Notes under the pieces: generated by a model
Databases searched by the model: none
What the model was told of the DNA's origin: nothing
What the model saw: only the letters and a program-made list of their open reading frames with translations
Shown here: positions 1 through 16,305 of the stretch, piece after piece
Layout: each line of letters opens with the position of its first letter
Position numbering within the stretch: position 1 is the stretch's first letter
From: an uncultured Candidatus Rokubacteria bacterium
GTDB lineage: Bacteria > Methylomirabilota > Methylomirabilia > Rokubacteriales > CSP1-6
Assembly: GCA_963789955.1 (NCBI GenBank)
Contig: CAWBMV010000034.1
Span: 480,001-544,000 of the forward strand
Direction: 5' to 3'
DNA: 64,000 bases
Position numbers and translations under genes: made by a program

Positions 1-183
1 TTGCTGAAGGAGGACGAGGCCACCGCCTCCATCCCGGTCATCGTCCTGTCGAATCTCGGTCAGGAGCGCGATGTCGCTCAGGCCAAAGCGCTCGGCGCCG
101 TCGCGTTCCTCGTCAAGGCGCACCTGTCGCTGCAGGATCTCGTGGATCGGGTGGACGCCGTGCTCGCGCCGGGGACGACCTAG
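1..183 (+). CDS. Response regulator receiver domain, C-terminal part (5' truncated by window)
   Basis: IPVIVLSN...AKALGAVAFLVK is a typical CheY-like beta4-alpha5 segment; stop TAG at 181-183. Confidence 0.8.
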   Translation: MLKEDEATASIPVIVLSNLGQERDVAQAKALGAVAFLVKAHLSLQDLVDRVDAVLAPGTT

Positions 184-196
184 CGCGGAGGTCGCT

Positions 197-766
197 TCAG
201 GCGCGGCTGCCGGGCTTGATCGCCTGGCCGCCCGCACGGCAGAGCGGGCACTCTTCCGGCTTCCAGGTGGTCGCCTTCACCGTCGCCAGGGTCGCGCGCT
301 TGACTGGAAAATTCGCTCCGCCGCCGCTCCGGTCGATCAGCGAGCCGACACCGACCACCACGCCGCCGAGCGCCTCGACGCAGGTCACGACCTCGCGGAT
401 CGAGCCGCCCGTCGTCATCACGTCCTCGACCACGAGACAGCGCTCGCCGCGCGCGACGGTGAACCCGCGACGCAGGCGCATGACGCCGTCTTCCCGCTCG
501 GTGAAGAGCCCGCGCACGCCGAGGGCGCGAGCGACCTCGTGGGCGACCAGGATGCCGCCGATCGCCGGCGCCAGAACCGTCTGGATGCCGTCGTCGCGGA
601 ACGACGTCGCCAGCGCGGCGCCGAGCGCCGCGGCGTGCGCCGGATATTGAAGGACCAGCGCCGACTGAAGGTAGATGTCGGAATGCAGGCCCGAGGTGAG
701 CCGAAAGTGGCCGCGGAGCAGCGCGCCGGTGGCCTCATAGAGGTCGAGCGTCTCGCGGTCGGTCAC
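197..766 (-). CDS. pyrE: Orotate phosphoribosyltransferase
   Basis: [14 protein letters not shown] and PRPP motif [15 protein letters not shown] start overlaps the pyrF TGA. Confidence 0.93.
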   Translation of the reverse strand: MTDRETLDLYEATGALLRGHFRLTSGLHSDIYLQSALVLQYPAHAAALGAALATSFRDDGIQTVLAPAIGGILVAHEVARALGVRGLFTEREDGVMRLRRGFTVARGERCLVVEDVMTTGGSIREVVTCVEALGGVVVGVGSLIDRSGGGANFPVKRATLATVKATTWKPEECPLCRAGGQAIKPGSRA

Positions 767-1499
767 CGGCCGCCAAGCTCGGCGACGATCGCGGTCGCCG
801 CCGCGGCCGGATCCTTGGCCGCGCTGATCGGCCGGCCCACGACCAGATAGTCGGCGCCGGCGGCGATCGCCCGTCGCGGCGTCGCGATGCGAACCTGATC
901 GTCGGCGCGCGGCGAGCCCGGCGCGGCCGGCGCCGGCCTCCCAGCGAATGCCCGGCGTCACGATCACCCAGCGAGCGCCCATCGCCAGCCGCAGCGCGCT
1001 GATCTCCTGCGCCGAGGCGACGCAACCGTCGAGACCGGCCTCACGGGCAAGCCCGGCGAGGTGCAGGACGTGCGACTCGACACTCGTCGGCACCCCGACC
1101 TCGTTCTGGAGCGCCCGGCGGTCGAGGCTCGTGAGCACGGTCACGCCCAGGCACAGCGGGCGAGGGATCGCGAAATCGCCGGCCGCCTTCGTCGCCGCGT
1201 CGGCCGCGGCGCGCGCCATCGCCAGACCGCCGCTCGCGTGGATGTTGAGCATGAACACGCCGTGGCGCGTCGCCTCGCGGACGGCCGCGCCGACGGTGTT
1301 CGGGATGTCGTGGAACTTGAGATCGAGGAAGACGCGAAAGCCCCGCTTGCGGGCGAGCTCGATCGCCGCGGGACCGGCGGCGGTGAAGAGCTGCGAGCCG
1401 ATCTTGCAGCCGCTCAGCACGCCAGCGAGGCGGCCGAGCAGGGAGTCGGCCTCGTCCAGGCTCGGGACGTCGAGCGCGACGAGGACTCGCTCGGCGGGG

Positions 1500-1516
<17 letters not shown>
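763..1516 (-). CDS. pyrF: Orotidine-5'-phosphate decarboxylase (indel near 900-930)
   Basis: [23 protein letters not shown]-terminal DYLVVGRPI lies in another frame, ending at TGA 763-765. Confidence 0.92.
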
Positions 1517-4708
<3,192 letters not shown>

Positions 4709-4975
4709 CTATTCCTCCACGAGCCCGTAGACGATCGAGGTTTCCGGCGCGGCTTCTTCGCGGCGGTAGAGCACGTCGTCGAGCCGGCCGTTGCCGACCC
4801 ACGCGACCTCACCGCTGCCCCAGAGCTGCTCGCCGAGCACGCTCATCCGGCGGTCGACGCGCTCGCGGATCGCGTGGGCTTCGAGCGAGGCCTCGGTCTG
4901 CGTGGTGAACGAGGTCCACTCGGGTTTCTGGCCGCCCCCTTCGGTCTTCCGATACGAGATCAGGTACTTGGGCAT
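4709..4975 (-). CDS. Hypothetical 88-aa protein between carA and carB
   Basis: ATG with GGGAGG upstream, GC-rich third codon positions, fills the carA-carB gap exactly. Confidence 0.75.
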   Translation of the reverse strand: MPKYLISYRKTEGGGQKPEWTSFTTQTEASLEAHAIRERVDRRMSVLGEQLWGSGEVAWVGNGRLDDVLYRREEAAPETSIVYGLVEE

Positions 4976-4982
4976 GACGAGA

Positions 4983-6108
4983 TCAGCCTCCCTTCTCGCT
5001 CATCAGATCGGCGAAGCGATGGAACAGGTAATTGGCGTCGTGCGGACCCGGCGAGGCCTCCGGATGGTACTGCACGGAGAAGACCGGCCATTCCCGGTGC
5101 CGCAGCCCTTCGCAGGTGCCGTCGTTGAGGTTGAGGTGCGTCGGCTCCCACCCGTGCGCCGAGACCGACGCCGGATCGACGGCGAAGCCGTGGTTCTGCG
5201 CGGTGATCTCCACCTTGCCGGTCGCGAGGTCCTTCACCGGGTGATTGGCGCCGTGGTGGCCGAACGGCAGCTTGTAGGTGCGCCCGCGGGCCGCGAGGCC
5301 GAGAATCTGGTGACCCAGGCAGATGCCGAAGGTCGGCACGCGTCCGAGGAGCCCCCGCACCGACTCGATCAGATAGGGCACGCCCTCCGGATCACCCGGC
5401 CCATTGGAGATGAACACGCCGTCGGGCTTCAGGTCGAGCACCTGGGCGGTCGTCGTCGACGCCGGCACGACGGTCACGTCGCAGCCGATCGTGCGGAGCT
5501 GGCGCAGGATGTTGAACTTGATCCCGCAGTCGTACGCCACGACCCGGAAGCGCGCCGGCGGCGGCGCCACGTATCCGCGCGACAGCTCCCAGGCGCCCTC
5601 GGACCACGTGTAGGGCGCGTCGGCGGTGACCTCGGCCACCAGATCGCGGCCGACGAGCCCGGGGAGCGCCCGCGCGCGCTCGCAGCAGCCGCGCGGGGTC
5701 GGTCTCGACCGACGAGATGATGCCGTCCTGGGCGCCGCGATCGCGCAGATGACGCGTGAGCGCGCGCGTGTCGATGGCCTGGATCCCGACGATCCCGTGG
5801 CGCGCGAGATAGACGTCGAGGCTCGCGCCGGAGCGGAAGTTCGAGGCGACCTGCGACGCTTCCTTGACGATGAACCCGTTGACCCACGGCCGCCGCGACT
5901 CGACGTCCTCCTCGTTGACGCCGTAGTTGCCGATCATCGGGTAGGTCATCGCGACGATCTGCCCCCGGTAGGACGGATCGGTGAGGATTTCCTGGTAGCC
6001 CTGCATCGCCGTGTTGAAGATGACTTCGCCGGCGGCTTCGCCCACCGCGCCGAGAGACTGGCCCCGGAACGTGCGGCCGTCGCGCAGCACCAGCCAGGCG
6101 GCTTTCAT
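4983..6108 (-). CDS. carA: Carbamoyl-phosphate synthase small subunit (frameshift near 5680)
   Basis: [38 protein letters not shown]. Confidence 0.95.
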
Positions 6109-7390
6109 TTCTTCGCCACTCGCGTGATCGTGCCGCCGACGACCGTCATCCACGGGCCTCCGCGAAGCTGCCAGCCACCGAAGGGCGTGTTGCGGCTCCG
6201 TGAATGAAACCGCGACGGGTCCACGGTCGTTTCCGCGTCGAGGTCGAGGACGGTCACGTCGGCCGGCGCGCCGACCGAGAGGGTTCCGCCGGGCAGGTTG
6301 AGGAGCCGCGCCGGGTCCCGGCTCCACCGCGCGATCAGGGTCGCGAGCGGCAGATGGCCGGCCCGCACGAGCCGGTCGAGCACCACCGCCACCGCCGTCT
6401 CGAGCCCGACGATGCCGAAGGCGGCGTGATCGTACTCGCCCTCCTTCTCGGACAGCGCATGGGGAGCGTGGTCGGTCGCGATGCAGTCGATGGTCCCGTC
6501 GGCGAGTCCCTCGATGAGCGCCTCGACGTCGCGCTTGGTGCGGAGCGGAGGCGCCATCTTGGTGTTGGCGTCCCAGCTGCGGACCGCGTCCTCCGTCAGG
6601 ATCAGATGGTGCGGCGTGACCTCGGCGGTGACGCGGATGCCGCGCGCCTTCGCGTCACGCACGAGGCGCACCGTGCCGGCGGTCGACGCGTGGGCGATGT
6701 GGACGTGGGCGCCCGTCAGCTCGGCCAGCAAGATGTCGCGGGCCACCATCACGTCCTCGGCCGCGGCGGGTTGACCCTGGAAGCCCGAGCTCGGTGGAGA
6801 CGACGCCCTCGTTGATCGAGGCGCCGCGCGCTCAGGTTCGCGTCCTCCGCGTGGCTGATGATCGGCGCGCCGAACGGCAAGGTGTATTCCATGGCGCGGC
6901 GATAGAGGCCGGCGTTCATGACGCACTTGCCGTCGTCCGAGAACGCGACGCAGCCCGATTCCGCCAGCTCGGCCAGCTCGGCCAGCTCCTCGCCGCGGAG
7001 ATTCCGCGTGACGGCGCCGATCGGATACACGCGCACCAGGCCCTCGACCTTCGCCTTGGCCAGGATGTAGTCCGTCACCGCGCCGTTGTCGTTGACGGGG
7101 CTCGTGTTCGCCATGCAGCACACGGCGGTGAACCCGCCGGCGGCGGCGGCCCGCGTGCCGGTCGCGACGGTCTCCTTGTACTCCTGGCCGGGCTCGCGCA
7201 GGTGCACGTGCATGTCGATGAATCCGGGACAGACGATCTTGCCGGTCGCGTCGACGATCTCGACGTCGGCGGGCGCCTCGAGGCTCCGCCCGAGCCGCGC
7301 GATCTTGCCGTGCTCGATCAGGACGTCCTGGACGGCGTCGACGTTGTTCGCCGGATCGATCACGCGCCCGCTCCGGATCAGGAGGGTCAT
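6105..7390 (-). CDS. pyrC: Dihydroorotase (frameshift near 6790-6830)
   Basis: [33 protein letters not shown]. Confidence 0.94.
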
Positions 7391-8325
7391 GCGTGGCCTC
7401 CGCCCTTGCGGCCGGCGAGCAGGAGCAAGACGCCCATGCGCACGGCCACGCCGTGGGAGACCTGGTCGAGGATGACGGAGTACGGGCCGTCGGCGACCTC
7501 GGGCGCGAGCTCGATGCCGCGGTTCACCGGACCGGGATGCATGATCAGCACGTCGGGCCGCGCGTGCCGCGAGAGCTTGTCGAGCGTGAGCCCCCAGTAG
7601 CGCGCGTACTCGCGGAGCGACGGAATCAAGCCGGCGTCCATGCGTTCCTGCTGCAGGCGCAGCATCATGATCACGTCCACGTCACCGATCGCGTCTTCCA
7701 GGCGATAGCTCACCTTCGCGCCGAGCTCCTGCACGTACGGCGGGATCAGGGTCGGCGGGCCGGCCACGGTGACCGTCATGCCGAGCTTGCGCATGCCGTG
7801 GATGTCGGAGCGCGCGACGCGGCTGTGGGCCACGTCGCCGACGATCGCCACGTGGAGACCGTCGAAGTGCCCCTTCTTCTCGCGGATCGTCAGCAGATCC
7901 AGCAGCGCCTGGGTGGGATGCTCGTGCGCGCCGTCGCCCGCGTTGACGATCGAGCAGGGCAGCGTGCGGGCCAGGAGGGCGGCGGCGCCGGCCGACGAGT
8001 GGCGGACGACGACGACGTCGGGGCTCATCGCGGCGATGTTCTTGGCCGTGTCGATGAAGCTCTCGCCCTTGCTCGAGCTGGACCCGCTCGCCGAGAAGTT
8101 GATCACGTCCGCCGAGAGCCATTTGCCGGCGATCTCGAACGACGTGCGCGTGCGCGTCGACGCCTCGTAGAAGAGGTTGACGACCGTCTTGCCGCGGAGC
8201 GCCGGGACCTTCTTGATGTCGCGAGAGGCGATCTCCTGGAGCGACGCGGCGGTGTCGACCAGCAGGGTGATCTCGCCGGCGTCGAGCTCGCGCATCGAGA
8301 GCAGATCCTTCCGAGTCCACGCCAT
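7387..8325 (-). CDS. pyrB: Aspartate carbamoyltransferase catalytic subunit
   Basis: FYEASTRTRTSF, NAGDGAHEHPTQALLD, HPGPVNRG. Confidence 0.96.
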   Translation of the reverse strand: MAWTRKDLLSMRELDAGEITLLVDTAASLQEIASRDIKKVPALRGKTVVNLFYEASTRTRTSFEIAGKWLSADVINFSASGSSSSKGESFIDTAKNIAAMSPDVVVVRHSSAGAAALLARTLPCSIVNAGDGAHEHPTQALLDLLTIREKKGHFDGLHVAIVGDVAHSRVARSDIHGMRKLGMTVTVAGPPTLIPPYVQELGAKVSYRLEDAIGDVDVIMMLRLQQERMDAGLIPSLREYARYWGLTLDKLSRHARPDVLIMHPGPVNRGIELAPEVADGPYSVILDQVSHGVAVRMGVLLLLAGRKGGGHA

Positions 8326-8326
8326 C

Positions 8327-8922
<596 letters not shown>

Positions 8923-8948
8923 AAAGCTCCAAAGAACTGACCTCACTC

Positions 8949-8978
8949 ACTCTACATGGCGCTCTTCGCTTGTGTCAA
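8949..8978 (-). promoter_or_regulatory. Sigma70-type promoter of the pyr operon
   Basis: TTGACA (8978-8973), 18-nt spacer, TAGAGT (8954-8949). Confidence 0.65.
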
Positions 8979-10232
8979 CCCGACGAACGCGCCGACGCGT
9001 CGCCGGCGCGCCAGCGCTCGACGGTCCGCCGGTGGTGCTCGACCGAGACGCGACCTGCCTTCACCACGAGCCGCCGCGCGGGCAGGGCCATCACGATCTC
9101 TTCCGCTCGCTCGCACTCCCACACGACGAGATCGGCCCGGCAGCCGACGGCCCAGCCGTAGTCGCGAAGATTGAGGATGCGGGCCGGATGGCTCGTGATC
9201 GTGGCCACGAGGTCGCGCATCAGGTCTCGGGTGCCCATGTGGGCGGCGACGGCTCCGACGAACGCCAGGTGAGCCGGGTCGGCGGTGCCGATCGGCGTGA
9301 ACGGGTTCCGGATATTGTTGGACGCCAGCGCGACCGGGACGCCGGCCTCCAAGAGCCGGCGAATCGGCGTGAGGCCGCGGCGCGCGTTGCGCTCGTCTCG
9401 TCGACCCATGAGGTAGAGATCGGTCAGCGGGAGGCTGATCACGCCGATGCCAGCGGCGGCGAGCTCGGTGATCAATGCCGACCGCTCCGGCCCGGGCAGC
9501 GCCGCGAGCTCGGTCAGGTGGCCGACCGCGACGCGCCCCTGCCAGCCGGCTCGCACCGTCTGGCGGATGATCTCGCGCACGTGCAGATGCTCCGGCTCGT
9601 CGCTGAAGTCGACGTGGAAGTCCGCGTCGACGCCGAACTCCGCCGCGAGCGCGAAGACGATCTCGATGTGCCGGCGCGCGTCGGTGTCGTTGTACGGGCA
9701 ACCGCCCGACGAGGTCGGCGCCCCTGCCGAGCGCCTGGCGCAAGAGCCCCTCGGTGCCGGGCGACTGCAAGATGCCCTCCTGCGCGAAGGCACAGAGCTG
9801 GAGATCGACGGCAGGTGCGTATTCGCGCTTGAGCACGAGCATCGCGTCCATGCCCATGAGCCCGACGATCGGATCGACCTCGACGTGCGCGCGCATCGCG
9901 GTCGTGCCGGCGGCCACCGCGAGATCGAGCACCCGTCGCGCACGGGCGCCGATGTCGTCGGCCGTGAAGTCGCGCTTCGCCAGGCCGGTCAGGCGAATCG
10001 CGTCCGCGGCCGTCTCGGCGGAGCCGGACACGCGGTCAACCAGGAACGCCTTGTCGAGATGGATATGCGCCTCGACAAGGCCCGGCGTGACGAGCCGACC
10101 GGCGACGTCGATCGTCTCGCGCGCCGGCTCGCACGTCGGACCGACGCCGCGAATGCGCCCGCCGGCGATCGCGAGGTCGACCGGCTCGGCTCGATCGGGC
10201 AGCCGGCAGCCGCGAAGCAGAAGGTCGAGCAC
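8975..10232 (-). CDS. Amidohydrolase, cytosine/creatinine deaminase (CodA-like) family (frameshift near 9710)
   Basis: PGLVEAHIHLDKA, RAHVEVD, AFAQEG, DADFHVD, VGH, NIRNPFTPIG. Confidence 0.85.
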
Positions 10233-10287
10233 GACCGGACAGTATGCCGAAATCTCGACGGAGGAAAGACCGGCCGGCGCCCGTTCC

Positions 10288-10863
10288 TCACGCGGCTGTT
10301 CGTGGACGGTCGTCGATACCCCCAGGCGCGTTCCAGCACCGCAGGGTGTCCAGCCCGAGCAGGAGCAACGACGCGACCATCGTCAGCGCGCCGAGCGTGA
10401 AGATGGCGCGGCCGATGATCTCGGCCGACGGCAAGAGGCCGAGTCGCCCGAGAATGTAGTGCCAGTCGTGGATCAGTCCCTCGGCCAGGAGCGGCAGCGC
10501 TCTCGCTCGGCCGTCCGCCGCGTAGATCGCGACGTCAGTCAGCGACTGGCCGGTCCAGAACAAGGTGACCGCGGCGGATGCCCACTGGCGCGTGCGAAGG
10601 CACGCGACGGTGGCGATGACCGGCATCAACACCTGGGTCAGCGAGCCGCCGAGCACGGCGAGAAACTCGCCGAAGAAACCGAAAATCACGTGACCGGACT
10701 CGTGAAAGACCAGGTCGATCCCGTGGATGAAGGCGAGCACGGCGCCGTCCTGCAGCGCCAATCCCTGAGCGAGGACCGCCCAGGTCAGGACGGCGAGGAT
10801 CAGGAGCCCCAGACCGCGACCGACGACCGCCGCCACCCAGAGGCTCGCGTCGCGCTCGGGCAA
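10288..10863 (-). CDS. Membrane protein with HExxH motif (possibly M50-like)
   Basis: Several hydrophobic segments; FHESGH and HDW motifs. Confidence 0.65.
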   Translation of the reverse strand: MPERDASLWVAAVVGRGLGLLILAVLTWAVLAQGLALQDGAVLAFIHGIDLVFHESGHVIFGFFGEFLAVLGGSLTQVLMPVIATVACLRTRQWASAAVTLFWTGQSLTDVAIYAADGRARALPLLAEGLIHDWHYILGRLGLLPSAEIIGRAIFTLGALTMVASLLLLGLDTLRCWNAPGGIDDRPRTAA

Positions 10864-10873
10864 GAGCGATCGG

Positions 10874-12245
<1,372 letters not shown>

Positions 12246-12356
12246 GTTTGTCCTCGGAGGGGTGCCCTAGGCACAAGCGCGCTTACGCGCGCGAGTAGGT
12301 TTCGGTTGTGCGTCGTGGCTCGGGTTCGGTTGGGCGTCGTGAATCGGCTGCGCATC

Positions 12357-14583
12357 TCAGGCTTCGATCGTCACGCCGGCGCGGGAGACCGGGACTTCGA
12401 TGACGAAGCGGGTGCCGCGGGGGGCGTTGTCTTCGATCCAGATCGTGCCGCCGTGTTCGCTGACGATCTCGTGCACGATCGGGAGCCCGAGGCCCATGCC
12501 CGCGACCTTTGTCGAGAAGTACGGCAGGAAGAGCTTCTCCTTGTCCTCCGCGCTGATGCCTGGACCGTTGTCGGCGACGATGATGCGCGCGTGCCCCGCC
12601 TCGGGCCCGTGCGCCGTCTCGACCTGGACCTCGCCGGTGCCGCCGACTGCCTCGACCGCGTTGTCGACCAGGTTCAGCACCGCGCGCTTGATGTGGTCCG
12701 GATCGACCTCGAGCATCGGCAGATCGTCGGGATGACGCGTGGTGATCGACAGCGCCGGGTGCGACTCGCGATACAGGCTGGCGACGCTGTCGACCAGCTG
12801 GCGGACGTCGGTCGGGCGCGGCGCGAGCACCGGCATGCGCGCGAAGCGTGAGAACTCGTCGACCAGCCGCTTGAGCCCGTCGACTTCGTGGATGATCGTC
12901 TCGGTCGCCTCGAGCACAAGCTGCTCCTCGCCCGGCGTGCGGGCGAGCCGCCGCCGCAGCCGTTGGGCCGAGAGCTGGATCGGCGTCAGCGGATTCTTGA
13001 TCTCGTGCGCGATGCGCTGCGCGACCTCGCGCCACGCCGCGACACGCTGGGCCTTCAGGAGCTCGGTCAGGTCGTCGAGCACGACCACGGTGCCGGCGTA
13101 CTCGTTGTCCGGCCCGCGGAGCGCGGTCGCCGACGCCACGAGCGAGAGCGCCGCGCCGCCCCGTCGGACCTGGACCGCGAGCTCCGTGCTGGACGCGTTG
13201 GCGCGGCGCGTGCGCTGCACCTGGGTGACCACGGGCCTGAGGTCGGGGCCGGCGAACACGTCCTCCAGGAGGCGGCCCGGGGCCGTCACCTCGTTCACAC
13301 CCAGCATGCGGGCGGCGGCGCGGTTGATCGTCGTGAGGCGCCCCTGACGGATCGAACGAGACGACACCGGTGGTGATGGCCTCCAGGACCGTCTCGATGT
13401 AGACGCGCCGATCCTCGAGCTCCGTGTGCTTGTCGGACAGGTCGAGGTAGGCCTCCTCGAGCTGGTGCTTCGAGCGCCCCAGATCGTCGGTCATCCGGTT
13501 GAACGAGCTGACCAGGACGCCGATCTCGTCGTCGCCGTGCGCCTCCACCTTGTAGGAGAGATTGCCCGCGGCGATCTCGCGCGTGCCTTCGGCGAGCTGC
13601 TCGATCGGGCCCGTGATCCCGCGGGCGAGATAGAGCGCGAACCACGTGAACGAGAACACGACGATGAGGGTCATCAGCAGGAACAGCAGGATGTAGATGC
13701 CCTTGATCGGCGTCTTCAGGAGCTTGAGCTGCTTGTATTCGCGGAAGGCCTGCGAGATGGCGCGAACTCGCGCCTCGAGCCGCTCGGTCACGTGCGTGCC
13801 GACCACCACGACGCCCACGACGGTGCGCTCTCCGCCGCGTGTCGACCAGATCGGGACGACCGCCTCGACGAGGTCGCCGGACGACAGCTCGCGGACGGTG
13901 GTGAGCTCCTGCCCGGCGGCGCCCTGGCGCAGCTGCGCCTCGTTCACCTCGCGCGTCGCCAGGTCGCCGAGGATCGGATCCTTGACGTGCACGAGCTCCT
14001 GGCCCTGGGCGCCGAAGACGGTGATCGCGCTCAATCCGAGCCGGTCCTGCTGCTCGACGAGATACGCCGCCAGCGATTCGCGCCGGTCTTCGGCCAGGAG
14101 CCCCTCGCGATCGACCACGCGGCCGATCTGCTGCGCGTGACGCAGCGCCGTGCGCTCGAGGTTGCCGTAGTAGGTCTGCGCCACCGCGAGCGCCTGATCG
14201 AGCGGGCGCTCCACCTGCGGCTTGAACCACCCCTCGATCGACTTGTTGATGAAGTTGGACGCGATCAGGAAGATCAAGGTCGAGGGGATGAGCGAGAGCG
14301 ACAGGAACGCCAGCACGAGCTTCGCCTTGAACTTGGCGCCGATCACCTTCTCGCGCCGCTCGAACCAGAGCTTCACGAGATTTCGGAGCAGCAGCAGCAC
14401 GAGCAGCAGGAGCACGATCAGGTTCAGGTTGAGCAGCGCGAAGACCGCGATGTTGGAGGCGAGCGGCAGCTCCGGCGCGTAGACGCCGACGTCCAGGAGG
14501 TTCGCCGTGCCCACCAGCAGGACGAACCCCGCCAGGATGATCAGGTTCCGCTTGCGACGGTTCTCTTCGCTCAGGAGCGGCAC
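12357..14583 (-). CDS. ntrY: NtrY-like membrane sensor histidine kinase with HAMP and PAS domains (frameshift near 13345)
   Basis: N-terminal TM helices, HAMP (DEIGVLVSSFNRM), AWREVAQRIAHEIKNPLTPIQLSA H-box, N/G1/F/G2 boxes. Confidence 0.88.
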
Positions 14584-15150
14584 TATTGCACCCGCTGGAT
14601 CGTGCGGTAGTCGGACTGACGCGCGGTCTGCTCCGCGGTGCCGTTCATCCGGGCCACGAACGTGTTCTCGCCGTTCAGCGCCGTTTCGGCTTGCACCCGC
14701 ACGTAGATGACCGCGGCCGGATCGAGGGTCGCGGCGGGCGTCATCTTGACCCCGCGGATGTCGGAGAGGACCCGCTGGGCATCGCGCAGGTCCCGGGTCG
14801 TGAAGACCGGGCGAGTCTCGCCCTGGACCGCCGCGACCTTGAATTCCCGGGTGACCACGTTGTAGGCGAGCGTGCGCTCGATGGTCTTCGTGATGAGGAT
14901 CCGGTCCGGAATCATTCGCTGGTACTGCCACAGCTCGATGACGAGGCGGACGTGCGCCGGGATGCCGCTCTGGATGCCCTCGAGTCAGCGCCTCCGGAAT
15001 GACCCCGAGCAGCACGACGTGAACGGTCACCTCATGGTCGTTGAGGAAGACGTCCAGGTCGCTGATACGTAGCTCAGCGCGCGCCGGCGCGGCCACAGCC
15101 AGCACCAGCGCCGCCGCAACGAGATGACTGGGAAGCCACAGGGCACGCAT
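14583..15150 (-). CDS. Exported DUF4390-like protein (frameshift near 14985)
   Basis: Signal peptide ending APARA; LAYNVVTREF motif; position directly upstream of the ntrY-like kinase. Confidence 0.65.
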
Positions 15151-15164
15151 ACGGCGGACGGGTC

Positions 15165-15209
15165 ATTATAGCGTGGCAAATGAGAGACAAGCGTGGCAAA
15201 TCCGAGACA
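15165..15209 (-). promoter_or_regulatory. TATAAT -10 box plus tandem 20-bp operator-like repeat upstream of DUF4390-ntrY-ntrX
   Basis: AGCGTGGCAAATGAGAGACA and AGCGTGGCAAATCCGAGACA (18/20 identical) abut a minus-strand TATAAT at 15170-15165. Confidence 0.65.
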
Positions 15210-15228
15210 GCAGGGCCGCCTGAAGCGG

Positions 15229-16155
15229 CTAGATCGTGGCGAGACCGGGGGCCGGAACCAGGCCTTCTCGGCGTGTGGTGTCTCTCGCCGCCTCGTCGGC
15301 GGCTGCCGCGGAAGCAGTCGCCGCCGCGCGGCGCTCGAACCCGACGGCGCGCTGGATCGCCTGCACGACCTCGAGGTTGAGCGCGTGGCCGCCGTTGCGT
15401 GCGATGACGTGGGCGCCGACCGGACGGCCGAGCAGCGCCAGATCCCCGAGCAGGTCGAGAATCTTGTGGCGTACGAACTCGTCGCGGAAGCGAAGGCCGT
15501 TCAGCGCGCCGCTGTTGCCGAGCACGATCGCGTTGTCGAGCGAGCCGCCGCGCGCGAGGCCGTTCTTCCGCATGATCCCGAGGTCGCGCAGGAAGCCGTA
15601 CGTCCGCGCCGGAGCGAACTCTTCGACGAACGATCGCTCGGTCGGTGACCAGGAGAGGACCTGGGTCCCGATCGCCGGGTGGTCGTTGTCCAGGGTGTAG
15701 GTGATCCGGAGCGTCTCCGCGGGAACGATGTGAATCCATCGGCCGCCGCTGCCGACCCGAAGCGGGCACGGAAGCGTCAGGGGCCGCCGGCGCGCCGACT
15801 GCTGCAACCGGCCCGCGAACGTGAGCAGCGCGACGAACGGCTTCGCGCTGCCGTCGAGCGCGGGGATCTCGGGACCGTCCACCTCGATCTCGACGTTGTC
15901 GATGCCGAGCCCGGCCGCCGCCGCCATCAGGTGCTCGACCGTCTGAATGCGGGTCCCGTTCACTCCGAGGGTGGTCGCGTAGTGCGAATTGACGACGCTC
16001 TCCGGCCGCGCCGGGATCCGCTCGCCCGTCGAACGAACCTTGAACACGACACCGGCGTCTGCCGGTGCTGGAGAGACCGTGACCCGGGCGACCTTACCCG
16101 AGTGGAGGCCGACTCCCTCGATGCTGACCGACTTCCGAATGGTGTGCTGGCGCAT
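15229..16155 (-). CDS. lpxC: UDP-3-O-acyl-N-acetylglucosamine deacetylase
   Basis: GVGLHSG, TVEHLMAA, EIPALDGSA, ARTYGF, EFVRHKILDLLGD, GH. Confidence 0.96.
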   Translation of the reverse strand: MRQHTIRKSVSIEGVGLHSGKVARVTVSPAPADAGVVFKVRSTGERIPARPESVVNSHYATTLGVNGTRIQTVEHLMAAAAGLGIDNVEIEVDGPEIPALDGSAKPFVALLTFAGRLQQSARRRPLTLPCPLRVGSGGRWIHIVPAETLRITYTLDNDHPAIGTQVLSWSPTERSFVEEFAPARTYGFLRDLGIMRKNGLARGGSLDNAIVLGNSGALNGLRFRDEFVRHKILDLLGDLALLGRPVGAHVIARNGGHALNLEVVQAIQRAVGFERRAAATASAAAADEAARDTTRREGLVPAPGLATI

Positions 16156-16175
16156 TGAACCTGTAGCCGGAAATT

Positions 16176-16192
16176 AGCAACAGGGGTGCCAG
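16176..16192 (-). promoter_or_regulatory. Sigma54 (-24/-12) promoter of lpxC
   Basis: Minus strand CTGGCAC-CCCTG-TTGCT matches TGGCAC-N5-TTGCW, about 20 nt before the lpxC ATG. Confidence 0.8.
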
Positions 16193-16285
16193 CGGCAATA
16201 GGGACCGCAAGTATCTGGTTATTAAGGTCGCGGTCGAAGGCGAGGCTCGCTCTGGTGGCGCGGATGACACGGGTTTCTGGACCCC

Positions 16286-16305
16286 ATGTCTCGGATGTGA
16301 GACAT
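16286..16305. promoter_or_regulatory. Palindromic upstream activator site candidate
   Basis: ATGTCTC-GGATGT-GAGACAT, a perfect 7-bp inverted repeat about 95 nt upstream of the sigma54 -24 box. Confidence 0.6.

Noticed and set aside
12283..15150. 955-aa DUF4390-kinase fusion ORF
   Set aside because: Produced by indels near 14985 and 13345; the separate genes have their own stop/start overlap at 14583
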